64,000 bases of DNA from positions 32,509 through 96,508 of the forward strand of contig JBAXXL010000004.1 in the NCBI GenBank assembly GCA_037127915.1, written 5' to 3'. The notes beneath the pieces are model-generated. The model did no database searches. It saw only the letters and a program-made list of their open reading frames with translations, and was not told the DNA's origin. The stretch comes from a bacterium. Its GTDB lineage: Bacteria; Bacteroidota; Ignavibacteria; Kapaibacteriales; UBA2268. Within the stretch, counting starts at the first letter, position 1, and the number at the start of each line of letters is the position of its first letter. Below are positions 27,779 through 37,602 of the stretch, one piece after another. A program made the position numbers and the translations under genes.

Positions 27779-28390
27779 ATGAAAAAACTAAGTTTGTTAT
27801 TGATTTTGATTTTTGCTATGCAATTTGCGGCTTTTGGGCAGAGTGCGGACGATGAATATACAAAAAGAGGAATTGAGAAGGTCAAGGCTAAAGATTATAA
27901 AGGTTCCATAAAAGATTTTAACAAAGCGATTATGGTTAACCCAAATAATGCAATTGCTTATTATTACCGTGGACACGCGAAAATTGAGATTAGTAATCAA
28001 AAGAGTGCTAATAAAGATTTTGATAAAGCTATTGAATTAAACCCTAAATTCCAAAAGGCATATATCGGTCGCGGAATGGCTAAATTAGGCTTTAATGATA
28101 ATGAAGGTGCTTTTAAAGATTTTAGTAAAGCTATAGAATTAAAACCTGACGATGCTGAAGCATATTGTAAGCTTGGATATGTAAAATCTAATTTAAAAGA
28201 TTTTAAAGGTGCTTGCGAAGACTGGACTAAAGCTATTGAATTAAAACCCGACTATTCAGAAGCATATTTTATTCGCGGTATTACAAAAACACAATTCAGC
28301 GATATGGAGGGTGCTTGCCAAGATTGGAAGAAAGCCAAAGAATTGGGTATGAAAGAGGCAGAAGGATTTATTAGTCAATATTGTAAATAA
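27779..28390 (+). CDS. Secreted TPR protein (array gene 1)
   Basis: MKKLSLLLILIF signal peptide; canonical AI.LNP..A.AY..RG TPRs; ends YCK. Confidence 0.92.
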   Translation: MKKLSLLLILIFAMQFAAFGQSADDEYTKRGIEKVKAKDYKGSIKDFNKAIMVNPNNAIAYYYRGHAKIEISNQKSANKDFDKAIELNPKFQKAYIGRGMAKLGFNDNEGAFKDFSKAIELKPDDAEAYCKLGYVKSNLKDFKGACEDWTKAIELKPDYSEAYFIRGITKTQFSDMEGACQDWKKAKELGMKEAEGFISQYCK

Positions 28391-28407
28391 ATTATAAAGA
28401 ATACATT

Positions 28408-29220
28408 ATGAAAAAACTAAGTTTGTTATTGATTTTGATTTTTGCCGTTCAAATAGCGGCATTTGGGCAAACAGTCCAAGAATATTTGGTAAAAGGAATG
28501 GCAAAAGATTCCGTTGAAGATTTTCATGGTTCTGTTGAATATTACAACAAAGCTATTGCGACTAACCCTAATAATGCTGAAGCATACTTCAGAAGAGGCA
28601 GTGCAAAAAAACAATTAGGTGATAATAAAGCCGCAATACTCGATTTTAACAAAGCCATTGAATTAAACCCAAGTTTTGGAGATGCCTATAACAACAGAGC
28701 TATTTTGAAGATTGATATGGGTGATTTAAAAGGTGGTGTTCAAGATTTTGATAAATCAATTGAAATAAATCCTAAGGATGGAGATACTTATTTCAATCGA
28801 GGAAACATAAAATCAGAACTCGGTGATGAAGATGGTGCTTTTCAGGATTATTCAAAAGCGATTGAATGCAACCCTAAGGATGTAGATGCATATTATAATA
28901 GAGCCATTTTCAAGTTCAATAAGGGACAATTTCGGGGTGCTATTGAAGATTATGATAAAGCTATCGAACTTAGCCCTCGTGACGGGGAAATGTATTATAA
29001 TAGGGGGCAGGCTAAGATTAATTTAAATGATGGCAAAGGTGCTCTACAAGATTTTAAAAAGGCAATAGAATGTGATCCTGAAAGGAAAGAAATACTAGTG
29101 AATATTGGAATTGCAAAACAAAAAACAGGCGATATGGATGGAGCTTGCCTAGATTGGAAGAAAGCTTTAAAACTTGGTATTAAGGAAGCAGAAAACTTGA
29201 TTAGTCAATATTGCAAATAA
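28408..29220 (+). CDS. Secreted TPR protein (array gene 2)
   Basis: Same signal peptide; TPR repeats; ends YCK. Confidence 0.92.
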   Translation: MKKLSLLLILIFAVQIAAFGQTVQEYLVKGMAKDSVEDFHGSVEYYNKAIATNPNNAEAYFRRGSAKKQLGDNKAAILDFNKAIELNPSFGDAYNNRAILKIDMGDLKGGVQDFDKSIEINPKDGDTYFNRGNIKSELGDEDGAFQDYSKAIECNPKDVDAYYNRAIFKFNKGQFRGAIEDYDKAIELSPRDGEMYYNRGQAKINLNDGKGALQDFKKAIECDPERKEILVNIGIAKQKTGDMDGACLDWKKALKLGIKEAENLISQYCK

Positions 29221-29235
29221 ATGAAAGAATCCATT

Positions 29236-30153
29236 ATGAAAAAATTAAGTTTGATATTGATTTTGATTTTTGCAGTGCAAATAAGTGCATTAGCACAGTG
29301 TGATGTGCAAGAATATATTACGAGAGAATTGGAAAAAGCTAAAGTTGAGGATTATGAAGGTGTTATAGAAGAATTGAATAAAGCTTTAGAAATTGATCCA
29401 ATTAACGAAATTTTGTATTTCCAGAGAGGATTTCTTAAGCTCTGTAATAAAAAATATCAAGAAGCAATATTAGATTTTAGTAAGGTATTAACAAATGATT
29501 CGCTTTCTGCCTATGTATATTGTTGTACGGGATTAGCCAAAATTATGTTGAATGATTTTAAGGGCGCAAGGCAATATTTTAGCAAAGCAATCAAAACAGA
29601 TCCCAAATTTTTTGATGCTTATAATTTGAGAGGCTTAATGAAACAGCAGTTATATGACAAGAAAGGAGCACTTGAGGATTATAATAAGGCGATTCAACTT
29701 AAACCTGATTATGCTGAAGTTTATAACAATAGAGGTAATGTGAAACTTGATTTGAGGGATACTTTGGGAGCAATTTTGGATTACAATAAAGCTATAATAT
29801 TTGATTCTGAAAATGCAACAGCTTATCGCAATTTGGGGTTAGTGTATGAACTACTTAATAATTATGATGAAGCTATCTTTAATTATAATACCTCCATAGA
29901 AATAGATATTGATTATTCGGATGCTTACAATGGCCGGGGTTATTTAAAATTTAAATTTAAGAACTTTTGGGGTGCAATTGGTGATTATGATAAAGCGATT
30001 GAATTAAACCCAAAATTTGGATTAGCATATTATAATAGGGCATTGGCTAATAAAGAAATTGGTCGCTTAAATGAAGCCTGCTCCGACTTTCAAAAATCTC
30101 AAGAATTAGGTTATGAATGGGGTGAATGGGCTATTGAAAAATATTGTAAATAA
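29236..30153 (+). CDS. Secreted TPR protein (array gene 3)
   Basis: MKKLSLILILIF; TPR repeats; ends YCK. Confidence 0.92.
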   Translation: MKKLSLILILIFAVQISALAQCDVQEYITRELEKAKVEDYEGVIEELNKALEIDPINEILYFQRGFLKLCNKKYQEAILDFSKVLTNDSLSAYVYCCTGLAKIMLNDFKGARQYFSKAIKTDPKFFDAYNLRGLMKQQLYDKKGALEDYNKAIQLKPDYAEVYNNRGNVKLDLRDTLGAILDYNKAIIFDSENATAYRNLGLVYELLNNYDEAIFNYNTSIEIDIDYSDAYNGRGYLKFKFKNFWGAIGDYDKAIELNPKFGLAYYNRALANKEIGRLNEACSDFQKSQELGYEWGEWAIEKYCK

Positions 30154-30170
30154 ATTATAAAGAATACATT

Positions 30171-31391
30171 ATGAAAAAACTAAGTTTGTTATTGATATTA
30201 ATTGTTACTGTTCAATTTGCGGTTTTTTCGCAGAATGCGGAAGACTATTTTTTTAGCGGGAAACGGCACTATGATCACAGAAATTATCAGGAATCGCTAA
30301 TGTATTTTGATAAAACAATTGAAATGGATTCAAGCTATTGGAATGCTTATTATTACAGAGGAAATGCCAGATATTCTCTATGGGATAAAGATGGCGCCCT
30401 GAAGGACTATAGCAAGGTGGTTGAGTTAAATCCAACTTATGTTGATGTGTATTTCATTCGTGGTAATTTAAAAGAAGAATTGGGTGATAAAGAGGGTGCA
30501 TTAAAAGATTTTGATAAATCGATTGAATTGAACCCCAAGGATCCGGATTCATATAACTTTAGAGCCGGTTTAAGAAGGCAAGCAAATGATTTAAATGGTG
30601 CAATCGAAGATTGGGATAAAGCCATTGAATTAGCTCCTTATTATACCAACGCGTTAAATAATAGGGGACTGGCAAAAGCAAATCTGGGCGATTTAGAAGG
30701 CGCAATAAAGGATTATAATAAAGCCTTAGGTACCGATCCTCAAAACTACTATTCTTATTGTTACAGGGGAACGGCTAAACAACAATTAGGCGATTCTAAA
30801 GGAGCAAGCAAAGATTTTGATAAAGCAATAGAAATAGATCCCAAATATTCCTATGCTTACGATTGCCGTGGGTATTCGAAAAGTTTGAAAGGTGATACGA
30901 TAGCGATTGTCAAAGGTTTGGACAAAAAAATCGACACTAATTCAACTAATGCTTCCGCTTTAACCAACCGAGGTGCACTCAAATATAATAAATTTGATTA
31001 TGACGGTGCATTAAAAGATTTCACTAGAGCTATAGAATTGGATTCTACTTATGAAATTGCTTACTATAACCGAGGATTAATAAAAGAACGACGTTTCAGC
31101 TTTCAAGCCGCAATTACTGATTTCACTAAAGCATTAAAAAGAAATCCCAAATATTTGGATGCCTGCTACAGAAGAGGATTCGTGAAATATAAACAGGGTG
31201 AATATAAAGGGGCTATTGAAGATTATGATAAAGCAATTGAATTAAATGTCAATTTCGCAAAAGCATATATAAATAGAGCTCTTGCAAAACAAATGCTCAA
31301 CAATAAAGAAGGTGCTTGTCAAGATTTAACAAAAGCAAAAGAATTAGGCCATAAGGATGCGGATTATTATTTAAAGAAATTTTGTAAATAA
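30171..31391 (+). CDS. Secreted TPR protein (array gene 4)
   Basis: MKKLSLLLILIV; about 10 TPRs; ends FCK. Confidence 0.92.
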   Translation: MKKLSLLLILIVTVQFAVFSQNAEDYFFSGKRHYDHRNYQESLMYFDKTIEMDSSYWNAYYYRGNARYSLWDKDGALKDYSKVVELNPTYVDVYFIRGNLKEELGDKEGALKDFDKSIELNPKDPDSYNFRAGLRRQANDLNGAIEDWDKAIELAPYYTNALNNRGLAKANLGDLEGAIKDYNKALGTDPQNYYSYCYRGTAKQQLGDSKGASKDFDKAIEIDPKYSYAYDCRGYSKSLKGDTIAIVKGLDKKIDTNSTNASALTNRGALKYNKFDYDGALKDFTRAIELDSTYEIAYYNRGLIKERRFSFQAAITDFTKALKRNPKYLDACYRRGFVKYKQGEYKGAIEDYDKAIELNVNFAKAYINRALAKQMLNNKEGACQDLTKAKELGHKDADYYLKKFCK

Positions 31392-31463
31392 ATTATTGAT
31401 TATGTCAATGAACTATTTCAAAAATATAACGTAATGAATATATTTATTAAGCAAGGCATCATT

Positions 31464-32345
31464 ATGAAAAAATCAATTATAATTTTAGCGTTAATCGCTT
31501 TTATTTTGCAAATATCTACTTTGCAATCTCAAGAGGTAGAGGTTAAAATCAAAGGTGGTTTCAAGGAGTGTACTGCTTATAGTTACACGGTTGAATCAGG
31601 CAAGCCAGTAAACGATAACAAAGAAAAAATTTTTCATGCAAAATACAATGACAAAGGATATTTGATTGAGTTATATTCGTTTAATCTGGGTATAAAACAA
31701 GTTTTCAAATATGATGACAAAGGAAATCAAATCGAGATACAGGCTTATGACACTAATGGTATAGCTTGCAACAAAATGACTATGCAATATGACGTGAATG
31801 GAAATTTATTGGAGTATGTTGAGAATAATGCAAAAGGGGCACTTTTAGAAAAACAAGTTACCAAATATAATTCCCAAGGCAAAATGATTGAAAATCTTAA
31901 ATCTTATATTTCTCCGGATAACGACTCAAAAAGAATTTACAAATATGACGAACGAGGTAATTTGAGTGAGGAACTCTGGTATTTATCGGATGGCAAATTG
32001 GAATATAGGATTATACATAATTATAATTCAAAAGTTAAGGAAACGGAAGATGATACTTACAATTCTGATGGAACCTTGGATTGGAAGAAAATTTATAAAT
32101 ACGATTCTAAAGGTAATAAAATTGAGGAAGTTAATTATGAAGACGGTGGTACTTTTGCCTCAAAGACCACTTTTGATTATGATTCCAAAGGTCAATTAAA
32201 TGAAAAAGCTGAGTATAATACCGACGGCTCACTTAGCGCAATATATACCTTTAAATATGATAAATTTGGAAATCGGGTTGAGGAAGTTGATAATAATAAA
32301 TTTATTAAGCGTGTTTTAAAAATTGAATATGTATATACTAAATAA
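31464..32345 (+). CDS. Secreted YD-repeat-like protein (array gene 5)
   Basis: Signal peptide; ~24-aa repeats YKYD.KGN.IEE..Y..DG. Confidence 0.85.
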   Translation: MKKSIIILALIAFILQISTLQSQEVEVKIKGGFKECTAYSYTVESGKPVNDNKEKIFHAKYNDKGYLIELYSFNLGIKQVFKYDDKGNQIEIQAYDTNGIACNKMTMQYDVNGNLLEYVENNAKGALLEKQVTKYNSQGKMIENLKSYISPDNDSKRIYKYDERGNLSEELWYLSDGKLEYRIIHNYNSKVKETEDDTYNSDGTLDWKKIYKYDSKGNKIEEVNYEDGGTFASKTTFDYDSKGQLNEKAEYNTDGSLSAIYTFKYDKFGNRVEEVDNNKFIKRVLKIEYVYTK

Positions 32346-32364
32346 ATAAAATGAGTAAGCCATT

Positions 32365-33255
32365 ATGAAAAAATCACTCGTATTTTTAGCGATTATTGCT
32401 TTTCTTCTACAAATTAATTGTATGCAATCTCAAGAAGTATTTAATAAACCGAAAGGCGGATTCAAAGAATGCACCGCTGTTATTTATCCATATATCATAG
32501 GTATGAATTTACCCGGTTTCAAGCAAAAAATTTTCCAAATGAAGTACGATGATAAAGGGCATATTGTTGAGTTGAATTCCTTTAATTCAAGTGGTAAGGG
32601 TTCTAAACAAACTTTTAAATACAATAGTAAAGGCAATTTAATTAAGACCCAGTCTTGGGACTCCACCGCTAAAATTAGTAAAACAATGACTCAAAAATTT
32701 GACGAAGCGGGGAATCTAATAGAGACCGTGGAAAGCAATTCCACCGGAAAATTAATCCAAAAGCAAGTCTATAAAAACAATGCCAATGGGAAAAAGATAG
32801 AAATGCTGGATTACGGCAAAGACGAGGCAATCGATTCAAAAACTACATATAAGTATGATGAAAAAGGAAATTTATGTGAGGAAATCGAATCTTCACCAGA
32901 TGGCAAAGTTGACAATAGAACTATTCGTAAATACAATTCCAAAGATCAGGAAACTGAAATCAGTACTTATAAAGCTAATGGTACATTAAGCGCAAAGATA
33001 ACCAATAAATATGATTCTAAAGGTAATAAAATCGAGGATTCGAAGAATAATGGCAACGGCAATATCATTTCGAAAAACAGCTATAAGTTTAATTTGAAGG
33101 ATCAATTAATTGAGAAAGTCGAATATGAAAAAGGCGGCTCTTTGAGTAAAAAACATATCTATAAATACGATAAGTTTGGGAATCAAATTGAAGAAGTTAT
33201 ATATAGCAAATCGAATAAAGCGGAAGCAAAAATCAAATTTGTATATTCGAAATAA
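32365..33255 (+). CDS. Secreted YD-repeat-like protein (array gene 6)
   Basis: Paralog of the previous gene (KGGFKECT...YKYDKFGN.IEEV...K..Y.K). Confidence 0.85.
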   Translation: MKKSLVFLAIIAFLLQINCMQSQEVFNKPKGGFKECTAVIYPYIIGMNLPGFKQKIFQMKYDDKGHIVELNSFNSSGKGSKQTFKYNSKGNLIKTQSWDSTAKISKTMTQKFDEAGNLIETVESNSTGKLIQKQVYKNNANGKKIEMLDYGKDEAIDSKTTYKYDEKGNLCEEIESSPDGKVDNRTIRKYNSKDQETEISTYKANGTLSAKITNKYDSKGNKIEDSKNNGNGNIISKNSYKFNLKDQLIEKVEYEKGGSLSKKHIYKYDKFGNQIEEVIYSKSNKAEAKIKFVYSK

Positions 33256-33497
33256 GTATTTTATCTACTATGTTTTTGGGTGCTAATATATATCAGACTT
33301 TATAATTTTTATATATTGAGTGTCTTTAACATAAGATATACAATAAAAACAGCATTAGATATTCTTATGATTGTTTGAAATATACCTCGTTAGGAAATTA
33401 TTTTTGTAATTTTCTGGTATGATCAGTCAAACATGCTAAAACTAAAAGAATAATAATTTTAAGAAATAAAATAAATATCGAATAATGGAGTTTAAAA

Positions 33498-34391
33498 ATG
33501 AAAAGAACAATCATACTTGTATTGGTGATAACCTTTTTCTTACAATTTACTAACGCGTATTCTCAAAACGCTCTTAATCAAATAAAAGGCGGTTATAAAA
33601 CTTGTGCAATTAATGTATATCTGTATGATTCCGGGCGGCTAAACGATAATTCAAAATCTAAAATATGTACTGCTCAATATAACCCCGAAGGTAAAATAAC
33701 CAGTATGGATATATATAAATATGACGGAGCAATTTGGGATAAAAGGAACTATAAATACGATGGCAAAGCGAATCTTGTCGAAATCATAAGCCAAAACACC
33801 GATAGTACCCTTAGTTATATGGAAGCGTATAAATATGATGATAATGGAAATATGATTAGTAACATATCCTACGATGCCGCTGGACAAAGTCCGGGTAGAT
33901 TTATTTACAAGTTCGATTTTCAAGGCCATAAAATAGAGATGGTTAGCTACAATGCAAAAGATTCTATAAATACAAAAGAAACTTATAAGTATGACTCTAA
34001 AGGTAATATGATAGAAATGAATAGATTTACAGGGGATGGCTATCTGGATTTCAAAGAAACCAATATGTACGATGAGAAGGGTAATAAAATTGAAGTTCAT
34101 AGTTATAACTCCGATGGATCAAAATCCTGGAAGAAAATCTATAAGTACGATGAACAGTCGAATAAAATTGAATTAGTGAATTATAATGGAAAAGATTCGT
34201 TCGTTTCCAAATTCACTTATCAATATGATGCTCAAAAAAATGAGATTAATAGAGTGGAATACGATTCCGAAAATACTGTAAGTTGGAAATATTCTTCTAA
34301 ATACGACACAGCGGGAAATCTGATTGAAGAAATGAGATATACCGATACAAATCAACCTGACAGAAAAATAGAATATCTTTATTCAAAGTAA
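33498..34391 (+). CDS. Secreted YD-repeat-like protein (array gene 7)
   Basis: KGGYKTC; YKYD..GN repeats; ends KIEYLYSK. Confidence 0.85.
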   Translation: MKRTIILVLVITFFLQFTNAYSQNALNQIKGGYKTCAINVYLYDSGRLNDNSKSKICTAQYNPEGKITSMDIYKYDGAIWDKRNYKYDGKANLVEIISQNTDSTLSYMEAYKYDDNGNMISNISYDAAGQSPGRFIYKFDFQGHKIEMVSYNAKDSINTKETYKYDSKGNMIEMNRFTGDGYLDFKETNMYDEKGNKIEVHSYNSDGSKSWKKIYKYDEQSNKIELVNYNGKDSFVSKFTYQYDAQKNEINRVEYDSENTVSWKYSSKYDTAGNLIEEMRYTDTNQPDRKIEYLYSK

Positions 34392-34412
34392 ATTTTCATC
34401 AAAGGTATCAAC

Positions 34413-35531
34413 ATGAAAAAAATATGTTTGTTACTGACTTTTATCATTTCGATTCATTATATGTCTTTTGGGCAAACTTCTCAAGAATATTTAGTTAGTG
34501 GAGAATCAAAATATAAACTCGGCCAATATAAAGAATCTATCGAAGAATATACAAAAGCACTCGAAAAGAATCCCAATTCCTCGGCTATATATTACAATCG
34601 AGGACTTGCGAAATATAGTATTGGAGAATATATCGGGGCAATACAAGATTACACCAAATCAATTGACCTCAATCCAAAGGATGGTGGCACATATTACAAT
34701 CGGGGACTAGCGAAATTTTATTTAGGTGATTATAAAGGGGCATTACAGGATTATAACAAAGCGATAGAGATCGATTCCAAAGATTATGCTTCATATATTA
34801 ACCGTGGTCTTGCCAAATCCGAATTAGGCTTTAAAGAAGCCGCCATAGATGATTATAATAAAGCTATTGAACTCAATCCTGATGATTCGAAAGCATTTTA
34901 TAACAAAGCTCTTGCAGAATATGGGTTAGGAGAAAAAAAAGAGGCTTTACAGGATTACACTAAAGCAATCGAACTTAACCCTAAAGATTCAAAAACTTAT
35001 TATAATAGAGGTATTTTAAACATAGAGATGGGCGAATTCAACTCTGCATTGTCGGACTTTACTAAAGCTGTACAACTTAATCCTAATTTTCCGGAAGCGT
35101 TTGCTAATAAAGGAAGAGCAAATGATGAACTCGGTGATAAATCAGCCGCAATTAAGGATTATTCCGAAGCTATAAAGTTGAATCCTAAAATGCTTGAAGC
35201 ATTTTATAATAGAGCTATTGCAAGAACTGAGCTAGCTGATTATAAAGGAGCGATTGAAGATTACGATAATGCTATAACGCTCAATCCCAATAATGCTGAT
35301 ATATATTATAATCGTGGCTATGTAAAATATAAAATTGCGGATTTGGAATCGGCTATCCAAGATTATTCTAAAGCTATTGAACTTAATTCCAAATTCGCTG
35401 AAGCATATCTAAACCGAGGGTCGGCAAAATATGAAATCGGTTATAAGGAAGGCGCTTATGCCGATTGGAAAAAAGCCAGTGGATTGGGTAATAAATCGGC
35501 GGCAGATTTATTGAAACAAGTTAAAAAATAA
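34413..35531 (+). CDS. Secreted TPR protein (array gene 8)
   Basis: Signal peptide; about 10 highly regular TPRs (DY.KAIELNP....YYNRG). Confidence 0.92.
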   Translation: MKKICLLLTFIISIHYMSFGQTSQEYLVSGESKYKLGQYKESIEEYTKALEKNPNSSAIYYNRGLAKYSIGEYIGAIQDYTKSIDLNPKDGGTYYNRGLAKFYLGDYKGALQDYNKAIEIDSKDYASYINRGLAKSELGFKEAAIDDYNKAIELNPDDSKAFYNKALAEYGLGEKKEALQDYTKAIELNPKDSKTYYNRGILNIEMGEFNSALSDFTKAVQLNPNFPEAFANKGRANDELGDKSAAIKDYSEAIKLNPKMLEAFYNRAIARTELADYKGAIEDYDNAITLNPNNADIYYNRGYVKYKIADLESAIQDYSKAIELNSKFAEAYLNRGSAKYEIGYKEGAYADWKKASGLGNKSAADLLKQVKK

Positions 35532-35569
35532 AAAAAGTGTCCTGCACATCGAAGTGCAGGACATTTTTT
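35531..35569. terminator. Bidirectional terminator between the TPR array and dnaA
   Basis: AAAAAAGTGTCCTGCAC-ATCGAA-GTGCAGGACATTTTTT. Confidence 0.85.
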
Positions 35570-35623
35570 CTAGAAATATATTCTCATCGGATGACTTATT
35601 TTCATCCCGTGAGTAACATATTA

Positions 35624-37123
35624 CTATAAGTATTCTTGACATTTATCGGTCAAAACACGGCAATCTTTTTTAACTACAGGGTCTGTAAAAATATAATTGT
35701 CAATCGTTTTAATCGAATGCAATACAGTCGAATGGTCACGTTTGCCGAATGCGGCTCCAATTTTCTTGAGCGAAAGCATTGTGAGCTTCTTTCCGAGATA
35801 CATAGCCATTTGTCTTGCTAATGCAATTTCGTGTTTTCGTGAAAGCGATTCCATTTCATCAATATGAACTGAGTAATGGTTACTTACTAATTGCTTGATT
35901 ACTTCAATAGTAAGTATTTTTTCCTCAGAACTGACATTGTTTGCTCCTATAACTTCGCGAGCTAATTCTACATTCAGTTGGCGATGGTCAAAAGCAACTT
36001 TTGCCAAAATGCTAATCAATGTCCCTTCGAGCTGACGAACATTATTTACGACGTTCTGAGCGATGAAATTCACTACATCCATAGGAATTTCTATACCTTC
36101 GTCCTTAGCCTTTTTCAATATGATTGCAACGCGGGTTTCGAACTCCGGAGGTTTGATATCCACGTTTAAACCTTGCTGGAAGCGCGAAATTAAACGGTTA
36201 TCAATATCTTTTAACTCCACCGGTGAGCGATCACTTGTTATTACAATTAATTTGCCGGCTTGGTATAAGGCATTAAAAATATAAAAGAAATTATCTTGAG
36301 TTTTGTCTTTACCCGCTAAAATATGGATATCATCAATCAGCAATACATCAATATTGCGATAGAACGCCATAAACTTACTAACTTTATTATCCCTAATGGA
36401 ATCGATAAAATCAGTATAGAATTTTTCACTGGATAAATACAAAACCTTTAATTTAGGTTCATTTCTTTTAACTGAGTTGCCTATCGCCTGCAATAAATGC
36501 GTTTTTCCCAAACCGGAATTACCGTAAATAAATAACGGACAATAGCGGTTATGAAGTGGTTTTTCAGAAACTGCTTGCGTGGCACTCGAAGCCAATTGAT
36601 TGCTATCACCGACGACAAAGTTATCAAATTGATAACGAGTGTTCAAAGTTTCCGGATACTCGTCCTCGGTTTTTTTTTCAACATCGAATGTAATGCTTTT
36701 TTGTTGATTTTTTCCATCAACTTTAATTGTTCGCTCTTCTAAAGTATTACTGGCTTTCTCAACAACAATTTCGAAATCCAATAATGTATTTTCGCCAAAA
36801 ACATTAAAAACTGTTTTTTGGAGCAGATCATAATAGTTCTCTTCTATCCATTCGAGAAAAAATTGACTCGGGACTTTTAAGGTCAATGTATTCCTCTCAT
36901 ACCTTAGTGGTTTGAGAGGAATAAACCAAGTTTTGAAGGGATTTTCTGTTATATTGTCTCGGATAACTGATAAGCAGTTTGACCATTTTATTTCATGGTC
37001 GGGCTTGCTTTTTTCAATTTTCCTTTTACCAAAACCGTTGTGTTGCTCATGTATTGCTATGTTAGCATCATCAACGAACAATTCAATGTTTTCATTTGCG
37101 TAACTGGTATTTTTATCAAACAC
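35624..37123 (-). CDS. dnaA: Chromosomal replication initiator DnaA
   Basis: FKTWF.PL, FDNFVVG.SN, GNSGLGKTHLL, LLIDDI, RLISRF, NVRQLEG, RDHSTVLHS; GTG start preceded by AAGGAG. Confidence 0.97.
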   Translation of the reverse strand: MFDKNTSYANENIELFVDDANIAIHEQHNGFGKRKIEKSKPDHEIKWSNCLSVIRDNITENPFKTWFIPLKPLRYERNTLTLKVPSQFFLEWIEENYYDLLQKTVFNVFGENTLLDFEIVVEKASNTLEERTIKVDGKNQQKSITFDVEKKTEDEYPETLNTRYQFDNFVVGDSNQLASSATQAVSEKPLHNRYCPLFIYGNSGLGKTHLLQAIGNSVKRNEPKLKVLYLSSEKFYTDFIDSIRDNKVSKFMAFYRNIDVLLIDDIHILAGKDKTQDNFFYIFNALYQAGKLIVITSDRSPVELKDIDNRLISRFQQGLNVDIKPPEFETRVAIILKKAKDEGIEIPMDVVNFIAQNVVNNVRQLEGTLISILAKVAFDHRQLNVELAREVIGANNVSSEEKILTIEVIKQLVSNHYSVHIDEMESLSRKHEIALARQMAMYLGKKLTMLSLKKIGAAFGKRDHSTVLHSIKTIDNYIFTDPVVKKDCRVLTDKCQEYL

Positions 37124-37602
37124 TTCAGATTGCTCCTTATAAAAAGTTCCATATAAATTTCATACTAAAAATACCTCTTTTTGCTGTTTTTTTTATTGAG
37201 AAAAATAATCAACTTCCCCTTAAGTTTTTGTCTTTTTTCGTTTTTAAGCTATATTTGTATTTCAAAAATTCTGTACAAAAAGACAATGATTCTATCTGTT
37301 TTCTCAATCATTACTGGTTTAAATATTGGATTTTTTTTCCGAAAAAAAAAATGAATATTAAAAGTATTTTTATTGTTTTTTAAGGTAATTTTTCAATCCA
37401 TGATTAGGACTGAGGTTAATAAAAAAACTATTTTTTTAGAATTTTATTCAATTAATATTTCTTAAGAAAAGTTAATAAATCATCTTTTTGGGTTCATAAT
37501 TTGAATTGATATGATAAAAATAATATGAATATTAACCAATATTTTAAATTAATTATGAAGGATGTTCGTTATTTTAGTGAAATAAAATTATTAGGAAAGA
37601 AA

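Noticed and set aside
31464-34391. Rhs toxin/immunity locus
   Set aside because: The proteins are short and lack a DPxG core, toxin tips and immunity-like genes.
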